Shown: positions 53,401-63,074 of the stretch, one piece after another
Numbering within the stretch: position 1 is the first letter of the stretch
How the letters are laid out: every line of letters starts with the position of its first letter
Source: Chloroflexota bacterium
GTDB taxonomy: Bacteria; Chloroflexota; UBA11872; VXOZ01
NCBI GenBank assembly: GCA_963662335.2
Contig: CAXXVD010000005.1
Coordinates: 576,001-640,000 of the forward strand
Direction of reading: 5' to 3'
Length of the DNA: 64,000 nt
Made by a program: the position numbers and the translations under genes
Notes under the pieces: generated by a model
Told to the model about the DNA's origin: nothing
Databases searched by the model: none
Seen by the model: only the letters and a program-made list of their open reading frames with translations

Positions 53401-53815
53401 CATCGTCTTCGTGGGTATTGCGGCGCTCATCGCCGTGACGTTCGCCACCCGCGGCTACTGGTACGCCGACACCACCGTGGCCGCCGGGGACGAAGTGATT
53501 GCCGCGCCCGCGGCGTCTCCCGCGCCGCTAACCGGCGCCGCGACGCCGGCCGCGGCGCCAACATCCGCGCCAACCCCAATTCCGCAGGCTCAGCCGACTC
53601 CCGCCCCTGCGACTGCCCCCGCCAGCCAGGCCACCCCGACGCTGGCCCCGCCGCCCACGCCTACGCCGGCCGTATACGTGGTGCGCACGGGCGATACGCT
53701 CAGCGCCATCGCCCAAGCGCACGGCGTTACGGTGGCGGCGCTGGCGGCCTTCAATGAAATTGCCGATGCCAACGTGATCCACATCGGCCAGCGCCTGCGG
53801 ATTCCGCCGCCGTAA
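50429..53815 (+). CDS. MMPL (RND-family) transporter with C-terminal LysM domain
   Basis: FGAGTDYSLF..SRFREE and ALGADYN..RIREE MMPL motifs; P/T/A linker; YVVRTGDTLSAIA..IGQRLRIP. Confidence 0.88.
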   Translation: MYRKLGSLVVSLRIPLLLLWLALALVVGLTAPAISDVASSDQTSFLPTTAGSIAARDLEAQKFAGSGSASSGLLIFAREGGLTAPDRDFAESIHNWLLSPAGPAVVQDVVSVFSHPEQAGALISPDNAAMLLTVNFTVASFQPVVDEATYAIRERVAQGAPPGLAAHFTGEAGLGTDLVESVAESTDRTAIVTIALVIGLLFFIYRAPLAVLIPLVTITLAYLVARGVLGFLAQAGWQISSLLDTYMVVLVFGAGTDYSLFFISRFREELAQRSTHEAAVRSVQRIGAVISASAITTMVGLSALGMARFGIVQTMGPGLALAVGITLLAGLTLTPALLSLCGQRLFWPRKTSVENTQPSAFWVRVSNLVARRPFIPVLLITALLALPYVGLTQYRDDLAMVVSLPESTDSRQGFDALARHFPPGAFAPAVVLLRFSEQQDLTSPPMLGAVAAIQAELAAFGSVDRARSITDPTGDGSAATVLRVPAQLEGIAAALRDPPADEGAKPAQQFAAALAQVDALAHYLAELADAFPNLARDAAFAQARGALADLDATAAVARLQAHPTQQLRQFAAGLREPAPAGAAASPALALAPLDSYLAELSAAFRDVAALPAYVEARRLLAEFAQAASIAADSSNLSAQQRAAQITQAQALAGGIAARLDSLAGFFAERPDAVFFPTAAAGENPMQAAMDNTAAALMALRAEFAASPHPYFIPTSLPGSAQAANAVLPHFVSADRTTLRFFVTLAEDPLGQSAIAAMQEIRQSLQRERGGPLASAELYVGGATAEVSDMQRIVRQDLKSVGVVTVVGIFCVLALLLRSLVAPLYLVGTVVFSYGSSLGLVTLFFQGVLGHEGVYYLLPLTVMVMLIALGADYNVFLVHRIREESASLPLRDGVRVASARTGAIITAAGVILAGTFGALTVAPLQLLFQTGAAVALGILIDALIVRSLLVPGIVTLVGKANWWPASVRANWWPILPAGARGPQGGEQGLARGIVFVGIAALIAVTFATRGYWYADTTVAAGDEVIAAPAASPAPLTGAATPAAAPTSAPTPIPQAQPTPAPATAPASQATPTLAPPPTPTPAVYVVRTGDTLSAIAQAHGVTVAALAAFNEIADANVIHIGQRLRIPPP

Positions 53816-53865
53816 CGCCTCGACGCTAAGACGGCGGCGCATCCCCACTCATTGCGCCGCGCGCG

Positions 53866-54738
53866 TCAAGCATTGCTTGGCCGCAAGTCTGCCGCCTCCC
53901 AATGGATAAGCGGGATTGTCAAGGAGTACGCATGTTCCCAACCATTGGACGCCGGCTGCAGCAGAGACGCGAGAACGTCGACGGCACGCGCTTGCTCAGC
54001 GGAGCTGAGGCCCAACATCCGTCCTAGCTGGCGGGCCGCATCGGGAAGATCGGCGAAGCGCATACTTCGCTCCACGTTGAACGGCTCCACCCACGGCAGC
54101 ACGCCCAGCGCCTGCAAGCCCCAGACAACATGGTCCGGCCGCGCGCCGATATTGAACGCACCTCTTGCAAGCGCCTGGTTGAGCGATTCCAGCAGCAGGT
54201 GAGGCGTGCCGATACTAAAGATGATGAGCACGCGCGCCCGCGCCAACGCCGAGAATCGCTCCAGCGCATAGCGGAGGTCAGCGGTGCGGTAGAGGCAATT
54301 CGCGGCAAGCACGTAGTCATGAGGATCAAGCTGCGTATCCTCCCACCTGCCCGGCTGGGGAGTGACGCCCGCAACTCCCTGCCGCTCGAGCTTGCGTTGC
54401 AACACGGCCAGCATGTCCGGGCTATACTCGAGCGCAGTTACGTCGCGCCCCTGCCGCGCCAGCGGGAGCGCGTAGTTCCCCGTGCCCGCGCCAATGTCCA
54501 GGACCGAAGCGCCCGCGGGAATCAGTTCCAATACGCGGCTTACCAGATCCGGAGCGCGCCGTGTCTGCGCATTCGGTCCGTCGAAACTGGGCGCGAGTTC
54601 CCGCCAGACCGCCAGATCCACCGAGTCATCCAGCCTAGGGCCCCGGTCCGTTCCCGCTTGCTGTTCCGCCGCCCACAGCGCAAACGGGTCGAACGGCAGC
54701 CGCAGAGTTGGCCCCGTTTCATCAATCGGTAGTTTCAC
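53866..54738 (-). CDS. Class I SAM-dependent methyltransferase
   Basis: VLDIGAGTG, VTALEYSPDML, GRWED; GTG after AAAGGAG. Confidence 0.85.
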   Translation of the reverse strand: MKLPIDETGPTLRLPFDPFALWAAEQQAGTDRGPRLDDSVDLAVWRELAPSFDGPNAQTRRAPDLVSRVLELIPAGASVLDIGAGTGNYALPLARQGRDVTALEYSPDMLAVLQRKLERQGVAGVTPQPGRWEDTQLDPHDYVLAANCLYRTADLRYALERFSALARARVLIIFSIGTPHLLLESLNQALARGAFNIGARPDHVVWGLQALGVLPWVEPFNVERSMRFADLPDAARQLGRMLGLSSAEQARAVDVLASLLQPASNGWEHAYSLTIPLIHWEAADLRPSNA

Positions 54739-54939
54739 GCTTTGTTCTCCTTTGTGATCAATCCGGCGAAGCGTCTGCATTCTCCTGGCTCAAGAAACGA
54801 GGAACTCTGCTGTGCACAGCGGACCCGCGCCTGGCCCGGACCTGAACCGGAGGACACGCTGCGCGGGCATGACGGACCGCGCCGTGTCACTTTCCGTTCC
54901 CTCATCTTCCCCGGCGATAGAGACGCTACGTACCTTCAT

Positions 54940-55011
54940 TTGACAACGGTTCTCATTAATTCTACACTATCCCCGTCTATTGGTAATGAGTTTGCGTATG
55001 ACTTGCAATAG
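54940..55011 (+). promoter_or_regulatory. Promoter with overlapping Fur/Zur-type operator (copy 1)
   Basis: TTGACA-17-TACACT; TGACAACGGTTCTCATTA imperfect 7-1-7 repeat; 55/72 identical, ungapped, to 60928-60999. Confidence 0.75.
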
Positions 55012-55023
55012 GAGGTCCAGCCA

Positions 55024-56664
55024 GTGAAGCATCCTCATTTCAGCCGGCGCCACTTTCTCGGCGCCGCAACGGCAACCGGACTCGCCGCCATAGCGGCCGC
55101 CTGTGGGCCGACGGGCTCTCCGGGACCCGCTGATACCCAGGGTGAGACGGACGCGCCGAAATCACAAGGGACGAGCGCCGCGCCGCCGCGCAACCGCAGC
55201 AGCGAGGAGCTTGTTCTCGCGGCCCCGCGCGACCTGGCCAACGGCCTTGAAGACCCGTACTTCACGCATCTCATCGTGAATGCGTGGAATAGCCTCTCCA
55301 AGCTGGACAACGATCTGGTGCCCCAGCCGGAGTTGGCCGAGTCGTGGGAATCGAGCGACGACGCGCGGGTGTGGACCATCAAGCTCCGCCCCGGGATCAC
55401 CTTCCACGACGGCGGGGAATTCGATGCCGGCGCCGTGGCCGCCAACATCGAGCGCTACGTCAAGATCAGCCCGCGCAGTTCGCGCTTCTTCGGCTATAGC
55501 AAGGAACGGGCATTGGGCCAGTTCGAGAAGGTCGAGGCGGTGGACGCGAGCACGGTGCGGCTGACTCTCGGCGAGCCCCGGCCCGCGCTGCCGAACACGA
55601 TGTCGAACTTCTACTCGGCGATGTTCTCACCGGCATCCTTTACGGCCGAGGGGAGCTTCAATGCGCCGCCGGCGAGCACCGGCCCGTTCAAGATCGTCGA
55701 GTGGGAAAAGGGCCAACACCTCATTCTGGAGGCCTTTGACCGGTACCATCTCGGCGCGCCGGCGGTGAAGCAGATCATCCTCCGCTCCCTGCCGGACCCC
55801 AATACGCGGGTCGCGGCGTTGCGCTCCGGTGAGATTGACGGCGTGGTCGACCTGGGTGGTTTGCAGCCGCAGCAGGGTGCGCAGTTGCGCGGAGAAGGCG
55901 CGGTGACTGTGAATTCAAAGCCCATCGCGCTCTTCCAGTACCTGTCGTTCAACTGTAGGAAACCGCCGTTCGACAAGCCCGAAATGCGCCAGGCAGTGAA
56001 CATGGCCATCGATCGGCAATCGCTGGCGGACGACCTGTGGCATGGCTTTGCGACGGCCGGGAAGAGTATCTTGCCGTCGTTTGCCACCACGTGGGCGCGC
56101 CAAGACCTCGTCCCGGAGTACAACCCGCAAAAGGCGCAGGAGTTGGCGCAAGCGGCCATGGGCGGGGAGCGGATGAAGATTACCGCGCCCATCTCCTCGC
56201 TGCAGAACAACCGGTACCCCTACAAGAGCCTGTTTGAAGTCATCCAGGCCGTCATTGCGCCGCTGGGCTTGGACGCCGATCTCCAACTCATCGAGCATGC
56301 GGCCTGGAAAGAGGTGGTTGCGAACGGGGACTATAACCTGACCGTGAGCACCTTCGGCTGGGCCAACGGCGATCCCGACTACATCTTCAGCCGCTTCATG
56401 CACTCGCAGGGCAACACCAATGCCACGCGGCACTTCGACTATAACGACCCCGAGGTCGACAGTCTCATCGAGCAGGCAGCCGTAGCGCTGGACTACAATG
56501 AGCGCAGAGCCCTGTACGACCAATTGCAGGAGATCGCGTTCAATGACGTGCGCTTCGCGGCGCTGCTCTATGATCACGTCGTGTATGCCCACCACCCCGC
56601 GGTGAAGGGGTACAACGTGAGCGCCCTCTACCAGCCGACCCTGGCGCAACTGTCCGTGGACTGA
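55024..56664 (+). CDS. ABC solute-binding protein family 5 (Opp/NikA/CntA-like), Tat lipoprotein
   Basis: SRRHFL, AAAC, PELAESW, LRPGITFHDG, TGPFK, RQAVNMAIDR. Confidence 0.9.
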   Translation: MKHPHFSRRHFLGAATATGLAAIAAACGPTGSPGPADTQGETDAPKSQGTSAAPPRNRSSEELVLAAPRDLANGLEDPYFTHLIVNAWNSLSKLDNDLVPQPELAESWESSDDARVWTIKLRPGITFHDGGEFDAGAVAANIERYVKISPRSSRFFGYSKERALGQFEKVEAVDASTVRLTLGEPRPALPNTMSNFYSAMFSPASFTAEGSFNAPPASTGPFKIVEWEKGQHLILEAFDRYHLGAPAVKQIILRSLPDPNTRVAALRSGEIDGVVDLGGLQPQQGAQLRGEGAVTVNSKPIALFQYLSFNCRKPPFDKPEMRQAVNMAIDRQSLADDLWHGFATAGKSILPSFATTWARQDLVPEYNPQKAQELAQAAMGGERMKITAPISSLQNNRYPYKSLFEVIQAVIAPLGLDADLQLIEHAAWKEVVANGDYNLTVSTFGWANGDPDYIFSRFMHSQGNTNATRHFDYNDPEVDSLIEQAAVALDYNERRALYDQLQEIAFNDVRFAALLYDHVVYAHHPAVKGYNVSALYQPTLAQLSVD

Positions 56665-56710
56665 TTCCAGTCGGCAAGCCGGCCTGCCGGGGATGGCGGC
56701 TGTCTTGGAT

Positions 56711-56742
56711 GCCTCCCTCGCCGGGAGTGGCGCGAGGGAGGC
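56711..56742 (+). terminator. Stem-loop between SBP and permease genes
   Basis: GCCTCCCTCG..CGAGGGAGGC 10-bp stem; typical stabiliser/attenuator position. Confidence 0.5.
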
Positions 56743-56797
56743 AACAAGGTCAAGCTGAGGGGCGGAGCCACCACCTGGTCTGCGAGAAATCCAAAGC

Positions 56798-57766
56798 ATG
56801 ATTCGCTACACGATGAGCCGTCTCCTCGCGCTGATTCCGGTGCTCCTGGGCGTCTCGCTCCTGGCTTTTCTCCTGGCCAACCTGGCCCCGGGCGATCCGG
56901 CCGAACTCGCGCTGAGCCAGGGCGATCAGGAGCCAACGGCGGCGGAAATCGCGGCGAAACGCGAGGAGTTGGGACTCAACGCCCCTATGCCTCTGCGTTA
57001 CGTCCGCTGGCTCGGCGACGTGGTCCGCGGCGACCTGGGATTGACGTATATCGACCGCGCGCCGGTGCTGCCGGAACTGGCGCGGCGCATTCCCGCGACC
57101 GTGAAGCTCGCCGCTGCCGCCCTGCTCCTGGCCCTGGTCTTGGGAGTCTCGATTGGCACGGTGACGGCCGTGTACCGCGGCACGCTGCTCGACGAAGCCG
57201 GCCGGGTGCTGGCCTTGCTCTGCGCCTCGCTGCCAAGTTTTGCGGTGGCGCTCATCCTGATCTATGCGTTCGCCGTGTCGCTGCGGCTCCTGCCGGTCGC
57301 GGGCTACGGTGACGGCAGCCTCCGGCACCTGATTCTGCCGGCCATTTCGCTGAGCGTCTTCACCATGGGCACGCTCGTCCGGCTGACCCACGCCAGCGTT
57401 ATGGAGGTTATGGGGCACGACTATATTCGCACGGCCTACGCCAAAGGACTGAATAAGCCGGCGGTTGTGCTCAAACATGCGCTGCGGAACGCGCTCCTCC
57501 CGGTCGTCACGGTCGCCGGTACGCAATTCGGCCAACTCCTCGGCGGGGCGGCCATCGTCGAGACGATCTTTGCGTGGCCGGGCGTGGGCAAGCTGGTGGT
57601 GGACGCGATCTACGCGCGCGACTACCCCATCATCCAGGGTTTTGTGCTGCTGGCCGGCCTGACGTTCGTGCTCGTCAATCTGGCGACCGACCTGCTCTAC
57701 GCCGTAATCGACCCGCGCATCCGCTTGGGCGCCGCAGCGCAGGGCGGGGGCGATGACCATGCCTAG
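56798..57766 (+). CDS. ABC permease (DppB/NikB-like)
   Basis: PGDPA, GDLG, DYIRTAYAKGL..HALRNA, RDYPIIQG. Confidence 0.93.
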   Translation: MIRYTMSRLLALIPVLLGVSLLAFLLANLAPGDPAELALSQGDQEPTAAEIAAKREELGLNAPMPLRYVRWLGDVVRGDLGLTYIDRAPVLPELARRIPATVKLAAAALLLALVLGVSIGTVTAVYRGTLLDEAGRVLALLCASLPSFAVALILIYAFAVSLRLLPVAGYGDGSLRHLILPAISLSVFTMGTLVRLTHASVMEVMGHDYIRTAYAKGLNKPAVVLKHALRNALLPVVTVAGTQFGQLLGGAAIVETIFAWPGVGKLVVDAIYARDYPIIQGFVLLAGLTFVLVNLATDLLYAVIDPRIRLGAAAQGGGDDHA

Positions 57767-58679
57767 CCGCGCGCTGCCGACCGCCCCGGCAGCGACCGAA
57801 TCGCTGCGGGACGAGGATCTCTTTGCTGCCGGCGAGCACTCCCCGTGGCGCGCGGCGGTACGGGTATTGCGGGCCGATCGGGCGGCGCTTGGCGGCCTGG
57901 TCTTGCTGGGTCTGTTTATCGCCGTCGCGGTAGCGGCGCCGCTCCTCGCGCCCCACGATCCGTTCGCCATCAACCTGAGCGACAAACTGCAAGGCCCCAG
58001 CGCGCGCTATCCGCTTGGCACCGACCAACTGGGCCGCGACCTGGCCAGCCGGCTCATCTACGGCACGCGCGCCACCCTGGGGAGCGCCATCCCGACAACT
58101 ATCGGGCTGCTTCTCATTGGCCTGGCGATCGGCACGACGGCCGGCTATCTCGGCGGGTGGGTGGACCGCGTCGCGGTGGGCGGCATCGACGTGCTGCTGG
58201 CGTTGCCGCGGCTGATCCTTTCGCTGGCGTTGGTCGGCTTTCTCGGCCCCAGCCTCCAGAGCCTCCTGATCGCCATCATCGCCGTCGGCTGGGCCGATCA
58301 CGCCCGCATATTCCGCGCCGCGACGCTCGCGGCCCGCGAATGGGAGTTCGTCCTGGCGGCCCGCGCGCTGGGCGCCTCGAACGTCCGGATCATGGCGCGG
58401 CACATCCTGCCCAATGTCATCGGCCCGATCGTAGTTCTCGCCACGCTCGACCTGGGCCACATCATTCTAATGATCTCATCGCTCAGTTTTCTGGGCCTCG
58501 GCATCCAGCCGCCGACCCCGGAATGGGGCGCGATGTTGAACGACGCCCGCACCTACCTCGACCAGGCGCCGCATCTGGTCCTCTTGCCGGGGCTGTGCAT
58601 TCTCCTGTCCGTTTTGGCGTGCAACTTGCTTGGCGACGGCCTGCGCGCGGCCCTCGATCCGCGCTCGCGCCAACGCTAG
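57753..58679 (+). CDS. ABC permease (DppC/NikC-like)
   Basis: LGTDQLGRD, EFVLAARALGA, HILPN, LSFLGLG..PEWG. Confidence 0.93.
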   Translation: MTMPSRALPTAPAATESLRDEDLFAAGEHSPWRAAVRVLRADRAALGGLVLLGLFIAVAVAAPLLAPHDPFAINLSDKLQGPSARYPLGTDQLGRDLASRLIYGTRATLGSAIPTTIGLLLIGLAIGTTAGYLGGWVDRVAVGGIDVLLALPRLILSLALVGFLGPSLQSLLIAIIAVGWADHARIFRAATLAAREWEFVLAARALGASNVRIMARHILPNVIGPIVVLATLDLGHIILMISSLSFLGLGIQPPTPEWGAMLNDARTYLDQAPHLVLLPGLCILLSVLACNLLGDGLRAALDPRSRQR

Positions 58680-58703
58680 TCCGATGAATTCTGGAATTGG
58701 AGA

Positions 58704-58842
58704 AGACCTTTGCCTAAATCCGTCATTCCGGCGAAAGCCGGAATCCAGTGTCTTCGTTACAGCTATTAGCGCTATAGTGTCACTCACATTAACCCCCATC
58801 CCAGCCTTCCCACACGAAGGGTAAGGGTTTATGTAAAGGTCT
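58704..58842. mobile_element. MITE-1 copy inside the ABC operon
   Basis: AGACCTTTGCCTAAA...TTTATGTAAAGGTCT (13/15); internal B repeat; colinear with 5885-6196. Confidence 0.75.
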
Positions 58843-58868
58843 AGTAGAGGGAGTACAAGCAAGCACCG

Positions 58869-59924
58869 ATGGCCGAGATATTAGCGCAGCCCCACCCGGA
58901 GCGAGCGCCGCTGCTTGCGGTGCAGGGCCTGAGCGTCTCGTTTTCCACGTCCGACGGCGATGTGCCCGCCGTGCAGGACGCCACTTTCGACATCGAGCCG
59001 GGACGCATTCTCGGCCTGGTCGGCGAATCCGGCTGCGGCAAGTCCGTCACGGCCCTGGCCCTGATGGGGTTGCTGCCCTCTCCGCCGGCCTGCGAACTTG
59101 CCGGTGAGGTCCGGCTGGAAGGCCGCAACCTGCTCACGCTCTCCGAACGCGAGCGGCAAGCGATTCGCGGCCGCTCCATCGCGATGATCTTCCAGGAGCC
59201 GATGACCTCGCTCAATCCCGTGCAACGGGTCGGGGATCAGATTGCGGAGGCCGTGCGCGTACACCGGCGCGTGGGTCGCCGCGCGGCGCGCGAGCAGGCA
59301 GTAGCGTTGCTCGACCAGGTGGGGATCCCGGCACCGGCCGAGCGCTCCCGCGCGCATCCCCACGAATTGAGCGGCGGCATGCGCCAGCGGGTAATGATCG
59401 CGATGGCCCTGGCGTGCCGCCCGGCCTTGCTGATCGCGGACGAGCCAACGACGGCGCTTGACGTGACCATTCAGGCCCAAATCCTCGATCTGCTCCGGCA
59501 GCTTCAAGAAGAGTTGGGAATGAGCCTGCTGTTCATTACCCACGACCTGGGAGTGATTGCCGAGTTGGCCGACGACGTGGCGGTCATGTACGCGGGGCGG
59601 ATCGTCGAGCACGCGCCGGTCGAGACCCTATTCGCGGCCCCGCAACACCCCTACACCCAAGGGCTGCTCATGAGCATGCCTTCACTCGCGACCGACCGTA
59701 GCCGGCGCCTTCCATCCATCGCCGGCAGTGTGCCGCATCCCAGCCGGCTGCCGGCCGGCTGCGCCTTCACCCCCCGCTGCCCGCACACACAGTCACATTG
59801 CGTGACCGAGCGACCACCGGAGGTCGCCACGGGGCCGGGCCACCGCGTTTGCTGTTGGCTGCATGCGCCCGCACAACCGACCGGCGGCGTCCAGCCAATC
59901 GCAACCGGGCAGGCGCCGCGATGA
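58869..59924 (+). CDS. ABC ATPase (DppD/OppD-like)
   Basis: [25 protein letters not shown]-terminal Cys cluster. Confidence 0.94.
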   Translation: MAEILAQPHPERAPLLAVQGLSVSFSTSDGDVPAVQDATFDIEPGRILGLVGESGCGKSVTALALMGLLPSPPACELAGEVRLEGRNLLTLSERERQAIRGRSIAMIFQEPMTSLNPVQRVGDQIAEAVRVHRRVGRRAAREQAVALLDQVGIPAPAERSRAHPHELSGGMRQRVMIAMALACRPALLIADEPTTALDVTIQAQILDLLRQLQEELGMSLLFITHDLGVIAELADDVAVMYAGRIVEHAPVETLFAAPQHPYTQGLLMSMPSLATDRSRRLPSIAGSVPHPSRLPAGCAFTPRCPHTQSHCVTERPPEVATGPGHRVCCWLHAPAQPTGGVQPIATGQAPR

Positions 59925-60913
59925 CGGGCGCGCGCGCGGCGGAGCCGCTGCTCCAGGTCGAAAACCTGGTCAAGCGCTTTCCGGTGCGGGGCAACCGGTT
60001 CGGTCGCCGGCCGGCGGTGCGGGCGGTAGACGGCGTCTCCTTTCACATCCGGCGCGGCGAGACCTTTGGTCTCGTGGGAGAATCGGGCTGCGGCAAGACC
60101 ACGACCGGGCGCGTCATCCTGCGCCTCGTCCCCGCCACCGGCGGCAGCGTGCGCTTTGCCGGGCAGGACGTGTTCGCGCTGCGCGGCCGCGCCCTCACCG
60201 CCTGGCGCCGGCAGGCCCAGATCATCTTCCAAGACCCCTACGGCTCGCTCAATCCCCGCTTGACCGTCGGCGCCAGCATTGCCGAGGGCCTGGTCGCGCA
60301 CGGTTTGGGCGACCGGCGCGAGCGGGAGGCGCGGGTGCATGAGGCGCTCACGGCCGTCGGCCTGCGTCCCGAGTACGCGCGGCGTTACCCGCACGAGTTC
60401 AGCGGGGGGCAGCGCCAGCGTATCGGCATTGCCCGGGCGCTGATCCTGCAACCTCAACTCATCGTCTGCGACGAGCCGGTCTCGGCGCTGGACGTCTCGG
60501 TGCAGGCGCAAGTGCTCAACCTGCTGCGCGACTTACAGGCCGCCCACGGCCTGACCTACCTGTTCATCGCCCACAACCTGGCGGTGGTCCGTTATATCGC
60601 GGACCGGATCGGGGTGATGTATCTGGGCAAACTGGTGGAGACCGCTCCCGGCGACGAGTTGTACCGGCAGCCCCGGCATCCCTATACCCAGGCGCTGCTC
60701 TCGGCCATTCCACAGACGCGGCCCGGCGAGCGCCAGGAGCGAATCGTGCTCGGCGGCGACGTGCCCAGCCCGCTCCATCCCCCGTCGGGCTGCCCGTTTC
60801 ACCCGCGCTGCGCCCACGCGCTGCCCGTGTGCAAGCAGGTCATGCCGCCGACCAAGAAACTAGGCCCCGGCCATACGGTTGCCTGTCACCTGTACGAAGA
60901 CGAGACGGGCTGA
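59921..60913 (+). CDS. ABC ATPase (DppF/OppF-like)
   Basis: [32 protein letters not shown]. Confidence 0.94.
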   Translation: MTGARAAEPLLQVENLVKRFPVRGNRFGRRPAVRAVDGVSFHIRRGETFGLVGESGCGKTTTGRVILRLVPATGGSVRFAGQDVFALRGRALTAWRRQAQIIFQDPYGSLNPRLTVGASIAEGLVAHGLGDRREREARVHEALTAVGLRPEYARRYPHEFSGGQRQRIGIARALILQPQLIVCDEPVSALDVSVQAQVLNLLRDLQAAHGLTYLFIAHNLAVVRYIADRIGVMYLGKLVETAPGDELYRQPRHPYTQALLSAIPQTRPGERQERIVLGGDVPSPLHPPSGCPFHPRCAHALPVCKQVMPPTKKLGPGHTVACHLYEDETG

Positions 60914-60927
60914 ATGCTTACGTTTAG

Positions 60928-60999
60928 TTGACAATGGTTTTCATTAAGTCTACACTGTGTTAGTCTATTGGTAATGCCCTTGCGTCCTGTTTGCAGTAG
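60928..60999 (+). promoter_or_regulatory. Promoter with overlapping Fur/Zur-type operator (copy 2)
   Basis: TTGACA-17-TACACT; TGACAATGGTTTTCATTA; upstream of znuA-like gene. Confidence 0.78.
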
Positions 61000-61140
61000 A
61001 CGGTCAAGGTTGTTACGCACTTTCACTCTAGCCGACGCCGCTTTCTCGCCGCCGCGACCGCAAGCGCACTCGCAGCCGTGGCGGCATTCGGCAACAAGAC
61101 AAACGAGAACGGAGAAGACATGGAAAGAGGAGTATTCCTG

Positions 61141-62310
61141 ATGCCAAATCGCAAGAATCACCTTGGGCGTCTGGCGCAGACGCTCGCTGCGGGTCTTGTC
61201 GTACTCGCTCTGGCTATCCTGGCTGCCTGCGCAACCGGCCAGGCCCCCCAAGCGCCTGCCGAAGAAGAGCCCAGGCCGGCCGCGCCGCCGGTACAGGTGG
61301 TGACAACCACCAACTTTGTGGCTGACTGGGTGCGGGTGGTAGGCGGCGACCGGGTGGAGGTCTTCAGCCTGCTGCCAGTGGGCGGCGACCCGCACCACTT
61401 CCAGCCCACGCCCCGCGACGTTGCCCGGGTAGCGGATGCGGATCTCGTCTTGTCAGTCGGCCTCTACTTGGAAGCCGCTTGGCTGGAGGAACTCTTGCAC
61501 AACGCCAGTGCGGATGAGTCCAAGATAGTGGCGCTTGGTGAAAGCGTCAATCCAATCGAGTTTACCGCAGTCGATATGCACGACGATCACGGCGATGAAG
61601 ATGACCACAGCGACGACGGCCATGACGACAACGGCGATGAAGACGAACACAGCGACGACGATCATGAAGACAACGGCGATGAAGACGAACACAGCGACGA
61701 CGATCATGAAGATAACGGCGATGAAGACGAACACAGCGACGACGGCCACGACGAACACGGCCATGAGGGACACGTGCACGGCGCTTTCGATCCTCACTTC
61801 TGGTTCGACCCGATCCGGGTGAAGACCGCAGTCAACGAAATAGCCGCCCGCCTGGCGGTCATAGACCCGGACAACGCGGACGTCTACTTCCAGAACGCTC
61901 TTGAATACGGGGAGAAGCTCGACGAACTGCACGCCTGGATCCAAACCCAGGTCAGCGCGGTGGAACCGGAGCGCAGACTTCTGGTAACATCACACGATAG
62001 CCTCTCCTACTTTGCCGAACTATACGGGTTTGAGGTGGTCGGTCTGGTAATTCCGTCGCTTTCAACTCACGTGGAGCCTTCCGCGGAGCACATTGCAGGA
62101 CTGGTCGAAGTGATCCGGAAACACGACGTGCCGGCAGTGTTTGGCGAGACGACGGTCAGCGACAGGCTGGCGCAAGCCGTGGCCAGGGAGACCGGCGCGG
62201 AAGTGGTCCAGCTCTACTCCGGCTCGCTTGGGCCGGCAGGCAGCGGCGCGGACACGTACCTGGGCATGGTGCGGTCCAACGTGGAACGCATTGTGGATGC
62301 ACTAAAGTGA
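61141..62310 (+). CDS. znuA: Zinc/manganese ABC solute-binding lipoprotein (ZnuA-like) with His/Asp-rich loop
   Basis: LAAC, DPHHFQP, DPHFWFDP, TSHDSLSYFA; His-rich loop favours Zn. Confidence 0.85.
   Translation: MPNRKNHLGRLAQTLAAGLVVLALAILAACATGQAPQAPAEEEPRPAAPPVQVVTTTNFVADWVRVVGGDRVEVFSLLPVGGDPHHFQPTPRDVARVADADLVLSVGLYLEAAWLEELLHNASADESKIVALGESVNPIEFTAVDMHDDHGDEDDHSDDGHDDNGDEDEHSDDDHEDNGDEDEHSDDDHEDNGDEDEHSDDGHDEHGHEGHVHGAFDPHFWFDPIRVKTAVNEIAARLAVIDPDNADVYFQNALEYGEKLDELHAWIQTQVSAVEPERRLLVTSHDSLSYFAELYGFEVVGLVIPSLSTHVEPSAEHIAGLVEVIRKHDVPAVFGETTVSDRLAQAVARETGAEVVQLYSGSLGPAGSGADTYLGMVRSNVERIVDALK
61588..61755 (+). repeat. Four 42-bp coding tandem repeats (NGDEDEHSDDDHED)
   Basis: Units start 61588, 61630, 61672, 61714. 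Confidence 0.9.
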
Positions 62311-63074
62311 ACACGGCTTCGAATGCGCAGGGAGCGAGCGTATCCCTTCAGGACGTGACCGTCGAACTCGACGGTCACATGGCCCTGAACAACGTCACCT
62401 TCGACGTGGACGCGGGGACTCTGATGGGCGTGGTAGGGCCGAATGGCGCCGGCAAGAGCACCCTGTTCAACGCCATTGCCGGGCTCCTGCCGGTGCGTCA
62501 GGGGAAGGTGACCCTTCACCGGGTAGACCAGGCGGGCGGGGCGTTGGCGTACGTGCCGCAGCGGGAGAGCGTCAACTGGCGGTTTCCCGTGACCGTGTCG
62601 GACGTGGTCATGATGGGCCGGCGCTGCCGGCTCAGATGGTTCCAGCGGCCGGGGAAGCGAGACCGAGAGCTTGTCAAGGCGTGCATCTGTCGTGTGGGCT
62701 TGTGGGATCAGCGTTCCGCGCTCATGACGGAGCTATCGGGAGGCCAGCGGCAACGGGTGTTCGTCGCCAGGGCGCTGGCCCAGGAGGCGAGCGTTCTGCT
62801 CCTGGATGAGGCCTTTAGCGGCGTCGACGCCGGCGCTCAGGAAGGCCTCGTCGAAGTCCTCCGCACACTGCGGGATGAGGGGCGCATCGTCTTGCTGGCG
62901 ACCCACGACCTGACCAACCTGGCCGGCCGCTTCGACGAGGTCTTGTGTCTGAACTGCCAGGTGTGCGCCTGCGGCCCTCCCGACCAGGTCTTCACGCCCC
63001 AGGTCATGGAGAAGCTGTACGGCGCCCCCGGTGTGCGCCTCGCGCGGGATGTGGGCGGCGGAACGCAGGCGTGA
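62307..63074 (+). CDS. znuC: Metal ABC ATPase (ZnuC-like)
   Basis: GPNGAGKS, AYVPQR, LSGGQRQR, THDL. Confidence 0.85.
   Translation: MNTASNAQGASVSLQDVTVELDGHMALNNVTFDVDAGTLMGVVGPNGAGKSTLFNAIAGLLPVRQGKVTLHRVDQAGGALAYVPQRESVNWRFPVTVSDVVMMGRRCRLRWFQRPGKRDRELVKACICRVGLWDQRSALMTELSGGQRQRVFVARALAQEASVLLLDEAFSGVDAGAQEGLVEVLRTLRDEGRIVLLATHDLTNLAGRFDEVLCLNCQVCACGPPDQVFTPQVMEKLYGAPGVRLARDVGGGTQA

Noticed and set aside
54745-54930. Cobalamin riboswitch upstream of the methyltransferase (GAGCCAGGAGA on minus strand)
   Set aside because: Core B12-element motifs (e.g. GCCACTG) not found; an Rfam scan would settle it
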